Below, piece by piece: positions 45,301-54,700 of a DNA stretch of 64,000 nt. The notes below the pieces were generated by a model that did not search any database, was not told where the DNA came from, and worked only from the letters and a program-made list of their open reading frames with translations. Within the stretch, counting starts at the first letter, position 1. Every line of letters begins with the position of its first letter. The DNA comes from an uncultured virus (IMG/VR IMGVR_UViG_3300030673_000007) (Duplodnaviria; Heunggongvirae; Uroviricota; Caudoviricetes). The DNA is taken from the IMG/VR virus record IMGVR_UViG_3300030673_000007. One strand, given 5' to 3'. Position numbers and translations under genes: made by a program.

Positions 45301-47047
45301 CAGTGGTCAAGCCCGCGAGCGCGGTGATCACGGTGGCGGGGGTTGCCGGGGCCCACTTGGTGCCGTTCCACGTCAGGACCTTGCCGGAGGCGATCCCGGT
45401 GGTGATCACGTCAGTGAGGGCTGCCAGCGTGGTGACTCCGGACGATGGCGTGGCGGGGGTCCACTTGCCGGTGGTGGAGTTCCACACCAAGACCTGACCG
45501 TTGGCCAGCCCGACGACAGTGACGTCCGTCTGGGTGGCAAGAGTGGTGGGGCCAGCTGCGCCGACGCCGGGGACCCACTGGATGCCGTTCCACTTCAGGA
45601 CCTGCCCGGAGACGGGAGCGACCGTGGCGGTGTCGACGTCCTTGAGGTAGTCGAGCCCCAGTGTCACGGGGAAGACTCCCCCGGCCTGTGAGTAGGTCAG
45701 GACGTCCCCACCCAGCGCGGAGGCGAGGTGCACGTCCTTGAGCAGGGCGAAGGCGACGGTGGCCTGTGCTTCGCTGCCGGAGGAGATCGGGGTGGAGGAG
45801 GTGCCTCCCAGCGCCGAGCCTCCCATCTTGTCGAGCAGCCGGGTGAGCCGGAGCGCGACCGTCTCGAACTTGGTCATCACGGTCAGCTCGTAGGTGACCT
45901 CGGTGTTGGAGTTGATCCCGATGCTGAGGCTGGAGACCTGCACGACCTCGGTCTGGTACTCACCCGTGACGGGGTCCTTGTCGCCGTTCTCGACCGTGAC
46001 CCAGTCGTTGATCCCGAAGTCGTCAAAGGGGATCCGACCCTCGCGGGCGACGATGGAGAGGGTCCGTCCCACCAGCTTGTTCTGGAACATCTCAAGGTTG
46101 GACTCAGCGACGGCTGCCGCTGCCGTTGCGGAGGTCTCGCTGCCACCCTCAGCCCAGCCCTCACGGATGTGCGGGGTGGCGTCGGAGGTGCCCACTGCGG
46201 TGGCCATGGAGCCGTCGGCAGCCGGGGTGTAGATGTGGTTGGCAATCGTCCGGGTGGAGGACTTGTAGGTGTGACTCTTCTGGTCTCCGCCGATGAAGAA
46301 CTTGATCTCCGACTCCCGGTGGGAGCCGACGGAATCCTGCGAGATGAAGAGCCGGAAGCCCTCCATCATCGTGAACTCCCACCCGAAGGAGTCAGAGAAC
46401 CTCTGGAGGAGGTCCAGAGGGGTCTCTCCGGGGCTAACGCTGACGTCCTGAAGGTCGGTCCACGGCTGACCCTTGGAGTCCGTGTACTCGTCAAATGTCA
46501 GGTCGAGGAACATGAGTCCCCCGCGACCCTGAATGTGGCCGATCAGCCACACCAGAGCAGTCGCTGCGTGCACCCCGAGGAAGTCCTTGGACACGAAGGC
46601 ATCGGTCAGGGCCTCATCATCGAAGGCCAGCATCGGGACCATGACGCCCCACTGGAGGACGGACAGGGTGCCCTGCCCAGCGATGGTGACCTGCTCACCG
46701 CCGTCCTCACCTGCGACGACGTCCTTCTCGACATCCTGCCCGAGCCACTCGCCCCGGAAGGCTCCGTTCTCGTAGACCTTCCACAGGTACTCACGGTCGA
46801 GGATCGTGCCCGCGATACCCGACGGCAGGGGCTCGGTCAGGACGGGAGCGCCCGCGTCAAGGGTGATCGACCCAGAGCCCTGCTCGGCGGAGGAGTCGCC
46901 GTAGGACATGTCCGAGAAGGTGTTGATCCGCGCGATGACGGTGGCCCAGTCGTCCGGGCTCAGGATCACGAACTCCCAGCCGGTGTTCTCCAGCGGGACC
47001 GGGGGCTTGACCGTGACCCAGACGGTGTTCGAGATGCGGATGGTCAT
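42335..47047 (-). CDS. Large minor tail / receptor-binding fibre protein (1570 aa)
   Basis: N-terminal tail hub-like region; repeats L..LTDV...G.VL.(W/Y/F)NGTKW.P; F5/8 discoidin-like domain NAFDGNSATYWHS; lectin-like C-terminal domains. Confidence 0.85.
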   Translation of the reverse strand: MTIRISNTVWVTVKPPVPLENTGWEFVILSPDDWATVIARINTFSDMSYGDSSAEQGSGSITLDAGAPVLTEPLPSGIAGTILDREYLWKVYENGAFRGEWLGQDVEKDVVAGEDGGEQVTIAGQGTLSVLQWGVMVPMLAFDDEALTDAFVSKDFLGVHAATALVWLIGHIQGRGGLMFLDLTFDEYTDSKGQPWTDLQDVSVSPGETPLDLLQRFSDSFGWEFTMMEGFRLFISQDSVGSHRESEIKFFIGGDQKSHTYKSSTRTIANHIYTPAADGSMATAVGTSDATPHIREGWAEGGSETSATAAAAVAESNLEMFQNKLVGRTLSIVAREGRIPFDDFGINDWVTVENGDKDPVTGEYQTEVVQVSSLSIGINSNTEVTYELTVMTKFETVALRLTRLLDKMGGSALGGTSSTPISSGSEAQATVAFALLKDVHLASALGGDVLTYSQAGGVFPVTLGLDYLKDVDTATVAPVSGQVLKWNGIQWVPGVGAAGPTTLATQTDVTVVGLANGQVLVWNSTTGKWTPATPSSGVTTLAALTDVITTGIASGKVLTWNGTKWAPATPATVITALAGLTTDVDTTGAVSGKVLAYNGTKWVPTTPTGGGTTALAGLTTDVDTSGVVSGKVLGFNGTKWVPVSQTGGGGALPIGGAVGDALRKNSVTDGDALWTSGGVFYENGYTPGKTYLPGQIMLRNGILWLCVTSNMTDPLNSGSASTTTGVDGTAFTRNNCASVDTTNHVVTLINNAGSAVASVISNETFIFATPLTLKWRGSTTTVADALAIGIVSSTQSATVATTVEALPSFYGVVWDVFNNLLKCYVAGVVLADTMALASDTNDDVWEIRYAATSISLYSSAGLLIKTWTVGNYAAMGATFRPAAGARTGGSAGVFKIYGSPVMPGTASDWVSVGKAVVGAPATVVQPVAIGDLVTASATGTQYTPTVVGVTAATVIDANPANQASNAFDGNSATYWHSTNAMPQWIAAQFSAIAKVVSVSIRIYTFSANRSPRDFMIQGSSDGTTWVDLTTYTGITWLIGQTQSFAVTTTTAYLHYRIYISASNGDNYQTIPEIVFTAAMPGATTLPVAATAGKVLTSDPTAATGMKWDTATGGGASTLDSLTDVATAGAVSGKVLGYTGTQWEPVTPSGGSGGSSDGMKAVWTKRLDASGMADLTGWTSRSGTWTSGGAYGVNQTSTLQDSWLEFNTDLGVKARAVQCTVRITADGTGLGVGFYSSGAWAAGGLGIGLQRAGAVSKIWWDRYGVGGSTFTMATSLALDTDYVLSVYQSVVLPTLFDVYVDHVYQVTITAAGAVNTGRVGLYSRTETGWIRNVTVWTGELSGSNPETPVVAPAAGIGDRRWNVPVGWTSFDEFNNASLDAAWVRVDKSGGTARAVWTEAADVLSVFNNGEDAASELHAMMRPLSGVGGSLIAGDAFVTHLSLNGSNGAYVMGGLVLADGVTSGAGTQLITLSFTNNGALSVDTRVMTNYQVAGAQSTTVGYPHGPLYERLVFLGGTTWRTDISPDGVSWVPGTTVSCAITPTHVGVHCSSWGSGIKGVSSYEFIRRVAGVT

Positions 47048-47961
47048 CAGGAGCCGTCCGTAACCAAGCGGAAGGAGACGCCCGGGGGGACAGCCTCGAC
47101 GGGGATCTGGACTTCGATCACGGTGTGCTGCATGTCCATCTCACCCGAGAGCATGTCCATCTGCCGGGCGGCTGTGTAGGCGTTCACGGTCGGGGGGAAG
47201 GTCTGCCACGACGTGACGCTGAGCGGATCCCACTCCACACCATTCCTCCACTCCAGCGATCCGGCGTACTGACTCTGAAGATCGCCAAAGCCGAAGCCGA
47301 AGATTCGGATGCCGTCCCCCGCCCTGCCGTTGTCGGGAGTGACGAACCAGATCCGGGGGTCAGGGGTGCCTGTGTTGACGTCTCCCTCGTGGACGTACTC
47401 GACCGCGACCGACCTGCGGGTGACCTCCACGCCATGGTTGTAGTTGACGTACTCCTGTGCGACATCCTCGTGGACCTGCTCGATGCCGAAGTTCTGGAAA
47501 ACGTACTCAGCGTCTGAGCCGACCATGGCCGGGTCGATGCCGAAGTTGGAGTACACGTAGGAGCAGGCAGCTCCGACCACTGTGTTGATGCCGAAGGACC
47601 AGATCGGGCTCCACACAGTCCACGCGGTGGTGCCGGTCTGGGCAGCTCGGGCTCGCCAGTAGTAGTTGGTCAGGTTGACCAGACCGGACGCCAGCGCCGT
47701 CACGAAGCCGTCCGGCTTGTTGGTGAGGGTCACATCCACCACGGGGGAGGAGAAGGTGTTCTCTGTCGCCACCTGAATCTGCACGTCGGTGTTGCTGGCG
47801 TCGGAGGAGGAGACCAGCACCTTCAGGGTGACCGTGGTGGTCGGGCTGGTGGTGGTATCGGATGGCTCGATCTGGGAGACGGCCCACGCGGACACGGCAA
47901 CAGTCGCTACGCCAGTGAGCTTGCGTAGCGCTCCGGTTCCTCCGGTGTCCAAGAAGGCCAT
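47047..47961 (-). CDS. Minor tail protein with Fn3- and IPT/TIG-like domains
   Basis: TNYYWRARA...WS; PRIWFVTP..G..GDGIRIFG.GFG. Confidence 0.75.
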   Translation of the reverse strand: MAFLDTGGTGALRKLTGVATVAVSAWAVSQIEPSDTTTSPTTTVTLKVLVSSSDASNTDVQIQVATENTFSSPVVDVTLTNKPDGFVTALASGLVNLTNYYWRARAAQTGTTAWTVWSPIWSFGINTVVGAACSYVYSNFGIDPAMVGSDAEYVFQNFGIEQVHEDVAQEYVNYNHGVEVTRRSVAVEYVHEGDVNTGTPDPRIWFVTPDNGRAGDGIRIFGFGFGDLQSQYAGSLEWRNGVEWDPLSVTSWQTFPPTVNAYTAARQMDMLSGEMDMQHTVIEVQIPVEAVPPGVSFRLVTDGS

Positions 47962-47971
47962 GGTCCGACTC

Positions 47972-48382
47972 CTACTGCTGGGTGATGGTCAGGCCCCCGG
48001 CGACGATGCGGGGGACATCCCCTGCACCGCTCACGGCGACGGTGGCGGTCAGGGGTCCTGCATATGTCAGGACTCCTCCTGCTGAGTTGTCGAAGGCTGC
48101 CCAGTGGGTCAGGCTGGCCTGCGAGTAGACCCCTGTGGCCGTGGCGAAGACGATGTCGGTGGCGTTGGTCACCGAGACCGCCGACCCACCGATGGTGCCC
48201 CAGAGGGCGATGTCGTTGGTCACGGCCTTGCGGGCGTACCCACCTGTGGAGGTCGGCTCGACACCGGCTCCTTCGGGGTCGCCGTTGAAGAGGGCGAAGT
48301 ACAGGGTGGGCAGGGCGACGGCGCTCTTGTCTGCCCCGAAGTGGGAGCGGAGCGAGATGTTGCGGGCGTTCACAGTGGACAT
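47972..48382 (-). CDS. Minor tail protein
   Basis: LYFALF.GDP...EP...GYAR; phage tail-fibre-associated family. Confidence 0.75.
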   Translation of the reverse strand: MSTVNARNISLRSHFGADKSAVALPTLYFALFNGDPEGAGVEPTSTGGYARKAVTNDIALWGTIGGSAVSVTNATDIVFATATGVYSQASLTHWAAFDNSAGGVLTYAGPLTATVAVSGAGDVPRIVAGGLTITQQ

Positions 48383-48385
48383 CGG

Positions 48386-49189
48386 TCAGCTCCAAGACTC
48401 TGCTTCGGCATACAGGCGGAACGTGTGCAGTCCCAGCTGTGCGTTGGATGGGGTGATCCTCCGGAGGGTGAGGACCCCGGAGATGGCTCCGGGTCCGATG
48501 GCTCCGATGGTCTGCTGGGCAAGGAACAGGGTGTCCTTCGCGATGATGTGCTCCAGCTGGGCCGACGGAGTGGAGTCTGTCGGGGACTCCATGGCCACCA
48601 CGACGTTGCGCGCCGTCAGCAGGGTGGAGGTGTTCTTCACCCGGAAGTAGCGGTCATCGGTCGAGGACCTCGGGACGTTGCCCCAGTCGAAGTTGGAGGG
48701 GGAGACCCGCTCGTCTCCGAAGGCGCTCCACAGGATCAACTGGTCAAGGCTCTGACCCACCGTGTTCTCTCCGTACAGGTGAAGTGCGGTGAGGCTCCCG
48801 GGAGCTGTGAACTTCACAGCCTTGATGCCCAGCTTGGTGGTGCTGGAGTATGCGCGGTAGTCCGGGCTGATGGTGGAGCCGCCGCCAGCGGTGGACACTC
48901 CAGTGACCCACGTGCCGTCCACCCCATTGGTGGAGTCGACCGAGGTCTTCACCCCGATCACGCCTCCTGAGGACCGCAGGAAGTAGCCGTCGAGGTCACG
49001 CTTCTGCGGGAAGATGACGATCAGCTCGTCGCCTCCGGACACAGCCGTCTGCACGGTCTCGTTGTTCAGGTTCACCAGATCGGCTGCGGACAGCTGCGAG
49101 AGGGTGTCGCCGGACAACCGGTAGACCTGTGTGCCGTCCTTGTCGATGGCCATCCGCCACGAGGTGGCATCGGGGTAGTTACCGGCCAT
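48386..49189 (-). CDS. Minor tail protein, paralog 3
   Basis: MAGNYP..SWRMA.D.DGTQ. Confidence 0.8.
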   Translation of the reverse strand: MAGNYPDATSWRMAIDKDGTQVYRLSGDTLSQLSAADLVNLNNETVQTAVSGGDELIVIFPQKRDLDGYFLRSSGGVIGVKTSVDSTNGVDGTWVTGVSTAGGGSTISPDYRAYSSTTKLGIKAVKFTAPGSLTALHLYGENTVGQSLDQLILWSAFGDERVSPSNFDWGNVPRSSTDDRYFRVKNTSTLLTARNVVVAMESPTDSTPSAQLEHIIAKDTLFLAQQTIGAIGPGAISGVLTLRRITPSNAQLGLHTFRLYAEAESWS

Positions 49190-49201
49190 AGCCGTCTCCT
49201 G

Positions 49202-50056
49202 TCAGGCCCATGACTGGGCCTCCGAGAACACCCGGAAGGATCCGGCACCCAGCTGGGCATTGGCGGGGGTGAGCCTCCGGAGGGTGAGGATGCCAGAGAC
49301 TGCGCCGGGGGCCAGCGTGGAGATCGTCTGCTGCGCCGTGTAGGACCCTCCGTTGAGGGACAGGGCGTGCTGGCCCGGTACCGACGGGCTCTGGTTGGTC
49401 AGCACCTCCATGGCCACCCGGACGTTGGTCGCCGTCTTGGTGGGGGACATGTTCTTGATCCGGAACTGCCGGGTGTCCGAAGAGTTGCGGGGCACATCAC
49501 CCCAGTCGAACCACGAGGGAGAGACCCGCTCGTCGAGGGTGGGGTGCCACACGAGGAGGCGGTCCAGCGTCTGACCTGCGGTGATCTCTCCGTAGATGTG
49601 GATGGCCATCAGGGCGGAGGCTCCGGCGAACTTCACTGCTTGAATGCCCAGCTTGGTGGTGCTGACAGCTTCGCGGTAGTCCGGAGCCACCTTGGCGTTG
49701 CCGTCGCTGAACGTTCCGATGGCGAAGGTGCCTGCGGTGGTCCATGTCCCATCCACCCCATTGGTGGAGTCGACTGAGGTTGTGACCGTGGCGGTGCCTC
49801 CTCCGAGACCTCCCGTCCTGCCCTTACCGAAGAAGGCGTCGAGATCCCGCTTCTCCGGGAAGATGAGGACGACCTCCCCGTAATCGAACATGCCGAAGGC
49901 AGTCAAGACGGCATCCCCGGTGGCCTCGTTGTTCAGGTTCACCAAGTCGGTCCCGCTGAGGGGTGTGACCACCCCGCGCACGACGCGGTAGCCCTGAGTG
50001 CCGTCCGTGTCGTATCCCATGCGCCATGACGGCGCGTTCGGGTAGTTACCTGCCAT
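49202..50056 (-). CDS. Minor tail protein, paralog 2
   Basis: MAGNYP..SWRMG.D.DGTQ. Confidence 0.8.
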   Translation of the reverse strand: MAGNYPNAPSWRMGYDTDGTQGYRVVRGVVTPLSGTDLVNLNNEATGDAVLTAFGMFDYGEVVLIFPEKRDLDAFFGKGRTGGLGGGTATVTTSVDSTNGVDGTWTTAGTFAIGTFSDGNAKVAPDYREAVSTTKLGIQAVKFAGASALMAIHIYGEITAGQTLDRLLVWHPTLDERVSPSWFDWGDVPRNSSDTRQFRIKNMSPTKTATNVRVAMEVLTNQSPSVPGQHALSLNGGSYTAQQTISTLAPGAVSGILTLRRLTPANAQLGAGSFRVFSEAQSWA

Positions 50057-50062
50057 GGCTCA

Positions 50063-50914
50063 TCAGCTCCACGTCGCTGCTTCGGCGAACACCCGGAAGG
50101 CGCTGAGACTCAGCTGTGCGTTGGCGGGGGTGATCCTGCGGAGGGTGAGGACGTCGGAGAGGGCTCCGGGGGCCAGCGTGGCGATGGTCTGCTGTGGCAG
50201 GTAGGACCCGCCGCCGATGGACAAGGTGTGCTGTGCCGGTACCGAGGGGGATCCATCGGTCAAGGACTCCATGGCCACCCGGACGGTGTTCGCCGTCTTC
50301 GCTGCGGCGAGGTTCTTCACCCGGAAGGTGCGGGAGGCAGAGGTGTTACGGGGGACGTTGCCCCAGTCGAAGTACGCCGGGGTGATGCGCTCATCAAGGG
50401 TGGGGTGCCACAGCGCGAGCCGGTCGATGCTCTGGCCTGCGGAAATCTCACCGTAGAGGTGGACAGCTGCGGGGTTGAACCCAGTGCCCAGCCCAGCTCC
50501 TGCGGAGATCCGGACGCCCCGGATCCCGAGGGCTGTGGCCGACTGAGCGTGGAGCCGGTAGTTCGGTACAACCGCCTCGACCACGCTGTAGGTGCCGCCG
50601 AGGTTCGTCCACGTGCCATCGGACCCGTTCGTGGTGTTCGTCGAGGTCTGCACCTGCGCGCTGAAGTTGTCCCTGTCACTGCCCGTGATCCAGTATCCGT
50701 CGAGGTCTCTCTTTTCAGGAAACAGGAGGATCAGGTACCCAGCCTGATTCTGGCTGATGCCGATGTTGATGTAGTCGTCAGCTTCGTTGTTGATCGTGAT
50801 GAGATTGGCGTTGGTCAGCTGCGTCAGAACGCCGGAGTTCATCTTGAAGCCCTGCGTGCCGTCGCGGTCGTATGCCATGCGCCACGAGGGCACGTCGGCG
50901 TAGTTGCCTGCCAT
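50063..50914 (-). CDS. Minor tail protein, paralog 1
   Basis: MAGNYA..SWRMA.D.DGTQ; AGGAG RBS. Confidence 0.8.
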   Translation of the reverse strand: MAGNYADVPSWRMAYDRDGTQGFKMNSGVLTQLTNANLITINNEADDYINIGISQNQAGYLILLFPEKRDLDGYWITGSDRDNFSAQVQTSTNTTNGSDGTWTNLGGTYSVVEAVVPNYRLHAQSATALGIRGVRISAGAGLGTGFNPAAVHLYGEISAGQSIDRLALWHPTLDERITPAYFDWGNVPRNTSASRTFRVKNLAAAKTANTVRVAMESLTDGSPSVPAQHTLSIGGGSYLPQQTIATLAPGALSDVLTLRRITPANAQLSLSAFRVFAEAATWS

Positions 50915-50924
50915 GTCGGATCTC

Positions 50925-51764
50925 CTAGTCGAAGTACGCGGGACGCCACTTGATGATTGCCTGACCGGAGCCAGCATCCCGGGTCAGTGTCACAATGTTG
51001 CTTCCGGAGGCGAGTCCGAACCATTGCCGCATACCCGAACGCGTGACCGCTCCAATCAGGTTCGCCCCGTCGGAATCGCGTCTTGCAGACATCTTGTCCA
51101 CGTCCAAGGTCACTGTATCGGCAATAGCGACCGAAGACCCCAACTTGACCCAGTTCTGGGGGGCGAATGTTGCATTGGTGAGGACCGGGTTGGTCAGCTG
51201 ACCCTCGAAGTCCATCGTGATCTTGTGGGTGCGCGCGTCCCCGGGGTTGGCGATCACGACCGTCTCCCCCGCCTCGACCACGGTGGTCTGCTCCTCACCG
51301 AAGAACAGGCCCTCCAGCATGAGCAGGTCGACGGAGAAGGTGGCGTGCGCGTTGCCCTGCATGGTGGGGGCCATGACCCCGGTGTTCTCCACCAGTGCGG
51401 AGGCGGACATGACCTCGAAGGTGTCCGGATCGATCCAGCGCTTGGTCAACGTGAAGGGCATCGAGTCGTCCCTCCAGAAGAGCTGGCGCAGGGCCCTCCA
51501 GTTCTTCTGGAACTCCAGCTCGGTGCTGCGGGCCGTAGGAGCCCCGCCGTCAGCCGTGGAGCCCTGTACCCACATGGACAGCGACAAGGCCTTGGAATCG
51601 ATGGTCTTGGCCTTGTGGAAGGTGCCCGGGTAGTAGGCGAGGTTCACGTTGGAGCCCCGGAAGTTGGCGACGCCGCTGCGGCCTGTGAGGGTGCGGATGT
51701 TCCATGCGAAGTTCTGGATCGAGACGCCGTCCACATCCCAGTAGACCGGGGTCGTGTTGGTCAC
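50925..51764 (-). CDS. Distal tail (Dit)-like protein
   Basis: Directly after tape measure; NPGD, GSNIVT, WRPAY C-terminus. Confidence 0.75.
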   Translation of the reverse strand: MTNTTPVYWDVDGVSIQNFAWNIRTLTGRSGVANFRGSNVNLAYYPGTFHKAKTIDSKALSLSMWVQGSTADGGAPTARSTELEFQKNWRALRQLFWRDDSMPFTLTKRWIDPDTFEVMSASALVENTGVMAPTMQGNAHATFSVDLLMLEGLFFGEEQTTVVEAGETVVIANPGDARTHKITMDFEGQLTNPVLTNATFAPQNWVKLGSSVAIADTVTLDVDKMSARRDSDGANLIGAVTRSGMRQWFGLASGSNIVTLTRDAGSGQAIIKWRPAYFD

Positions 51765-54700
51765 TTGAAGTCACCTGCGTTCAGTCCGAGATGGGCGAGC
51801 TGCTGGGTCTTGGTCGTCAGCGAGTTGGTCGCACGCTCAGGCACCGGGTTCTGGATGATGACGTCGCCGAAGGTCACGCTGTTGACCGTGGTGTTGCCAC
51901 CGCCCCCGAAACTCGGGCCCCTGCCGCCACCGGGTGAGTTGGTGGGTGCCATGGTCGGCACGAGACCGCCACCGTTGAAGACCAGCTGGCTGCCACCGTC
52001 CTTGGGCTTGCGCGAGGAGCTGGCGGCTGCCGCGAGCAGCTGGGCGTAGGACATGACGCCCGAGTTGAGCTTGACGAGGTTGTCGATCCCGACCCTGTCG
52101 ACGATGCCCTTGCGGACGACGAACTCACCGGGAGTGAGTCGTGCTGCCACGGTGTCGCTGTTGCCATGTCCGGGGACGCCGCCACCACCCGCACGGTGGA
52201 TCTCTCCGCCGTTGTGGGGCGTCTGGGTACCGTCGCCATGCCCTGCACCGAACCCTGCTCCGGCGTTGCCCCAGAAGTCCGTCCACCACTTGCCAATGGT
52301 GTTCTTGACGCCGTCCCACCAACGGCCCCACGCGGTGCTCACACTGTCGACGAAGTCGGTGGCGATCTTGGCCAGATCCCTGCCGAAGCCGGGGAGCGTC
52401 ACGTTCCAGAACTTGTCCCACATGGGACCAATGCCGGAGACCCACTTCTGGATCTGCGCCTTGGCGTTGGCCAGCCACTTCGGGAAGGTGACTGCCCAGA
52501 AGTTGTTCCACGCTGGGCCGATGCTGGAGATCCACGAGCGGACGGCAGCCGACGCGCTGGAGATCCACGCGGGGAAGGTGACCGTCCAGAAGGTGGTCCA
52601 TGCCACCCCGATACCTGCGAACCACTGGGTGACGGCTGCGGATGCCTGCGTGACCCACAGCGGGAAGGTGACCGTCCAGAAGGTGGTCCACGCCGCTCCG
52701 ATGCCTGCGAACCACTGACCCACTGCCAGCGTGGCGCTGGTGACCCACTTCGGGAAGGTCTCGGTCCAGAAGGTGGTCCATGCCGGGCCGATGCCCTCGA
52801 ACCACTTGACGGTGGCTCCCAAGGCGTACCCCGCCCAGTAGGGGAACGTCTTGGTCCAGAAGTCGGTCCACGAGGTGCCAAGGTCGTCGAACCACTTGGT
52901 GGCCCCAGCGCCGAGGTCGTTCCAGAACTTGGGGACCTGCACCCCCCAGTACTCATCCCACAGCTTGCCGAAGTCGCCGAACCACTTGCTGATGCCCCCG
53001 GTGAGGTCGTTCCAGAACTTGGGGACCTGCACCCCCCAGTACTCATCCCACAGCTTGCCGAAGTCGCCGAACCACTTGCTGATGCCCCCGGTGAGGTCGT
53101 TCCACCACTTGGGGAGGGTGGTGCCCCAGAACTCGTTCCACCCCTTGACGAAGTCGGTGAAGAACTGGTCGATGTCCTCCTTGGCGGAGCCGAAGAATCC
53201 CACGAGGGCTCCGATGAGCCCACCGATGATCGCGCCGGGGACTGCCCCGATGCCACCGAACAGCAGGCCGACAGAGCCACCGATGCCTGCGCCTGTGGCT
53301 GCCCCGGAGAGGGTGTTGCCTCCGAGCCGCTGGCCGGATCCGTCCTTGCCCTCGGGGGCGTTGTTCGAGATGACGTCGCCCACGATGGTGCCCAGAATCG
53401 ACGCGATGGCCGCGAGCGGGCCACCTGCACCCTTCAGGATCGACGCGAACCCCTTGAGGCTACCGAACCCCTTGATCAGGGTGGAGAAGCCCTTCAGACC
53501 TCCCCCGGAGAGGAGGACCTTGAAGCCATCGAGCAGGCTGCCTAGCCACTTGAAGCCCTTCAGCCCACTGAGGAGCTTGGGCAGCCCCTTGAACAGGCCG
53601 AACAGCTTGCCGAGCTTTCCGAAAAGGAACTTGGCTCCGTCGGCGATCCCATAGAACATCGCCTTGATGAAGCTGAGTCCGGTGTACCGCTTCCCGGTGA
53701 TGCCGAAGAGCTTCATCAGGACGGTCTTCAGCGACTCGAAGAACTTGAGGATGCCACCGGTCTTGTAGAGCTTGATCAGCCACCCGATGAGGTTCTCAAG
53801 GCCGGTGAACTTGGCCACGAAGGACATGGCTCCGATAGCTGCGGCGGCTCCGATGAGCATCTGGAGGACGGGGCCGATGACTGGCATCTTGATGACGGTC
53901 AGCAGGATGTCGAGGAGCCCGTTCAGGGTGTCGAAGAAGACCGCAGTGCCGGGGCCATCCACCAGTGTGGTGATCAGGTCGACGATCTTGATCAGCGAGT
54001 CCACGAACTTGGGGCCAATGTTGGCCTTGCTCAGGGCATCGAACAGTGACGCCAGCTTGGGACCAAGATCGTCGGTGATCTTCTTGAAGATCTCCGTCAT
54101 CTGCTTGATGTTCTTCGGGTCGGCAGCCTGCTTGCCGAACCACTTGAAGAAGGTGCCGAACATCCGGGAGATCTCGGACAGGAGGGGCTTGATGTCCTCA
54201 AGCCATTTCTTGAAAGGAGATCCCTTCTTGGTGGCTGCCTCGGAGGACGCCAGCCAGCCCTCGGTGGTCTTCTGGATACCGTCGGTGATCCAACCACCGA
54301 ACGCCTCCGCCGCCTTGGCGAAGTTGAACAGGGTCTTGGCGATGTTCTTGATGATCTGCCACCACTGGCGCAGCGTCCCGAGGACACCCTTCGACCCGGT
54401 CTCCTTGTCACCCATCAGCCACTTGCTGAGGGACCCGCTCTTGCGGGCCTCCTTGACCATGGCCGCGATGTTCTCGGCACCCTTCTTGAACCCCTTGGCG
54501 AGTTCGATCAGGAATGGCATCGCGATGACGGTGAGGTCCTTGAAGACGCCCCACAGGACGTTCAGCCCGCCACCGATGGCGTGGATCAGAGGGACGTTCT
54601 GCTTGCCCAGCAGGATCAGGTCGCTCTTCCACTCCGGGGAGGAGATCATCCCGATGAACTCGTGGGCGACGTCGCCGAGCGCACCTGCGGTGTCAGACAG

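Noticed and set aside
48386..50914. Tail paralogs as a diversity-generating retroelement or invertible cassette
   Set aside because: No reverse transcriptase or invertase, no adenine-specific template/variable repeat pair, and all copies are intact and co-oriented.
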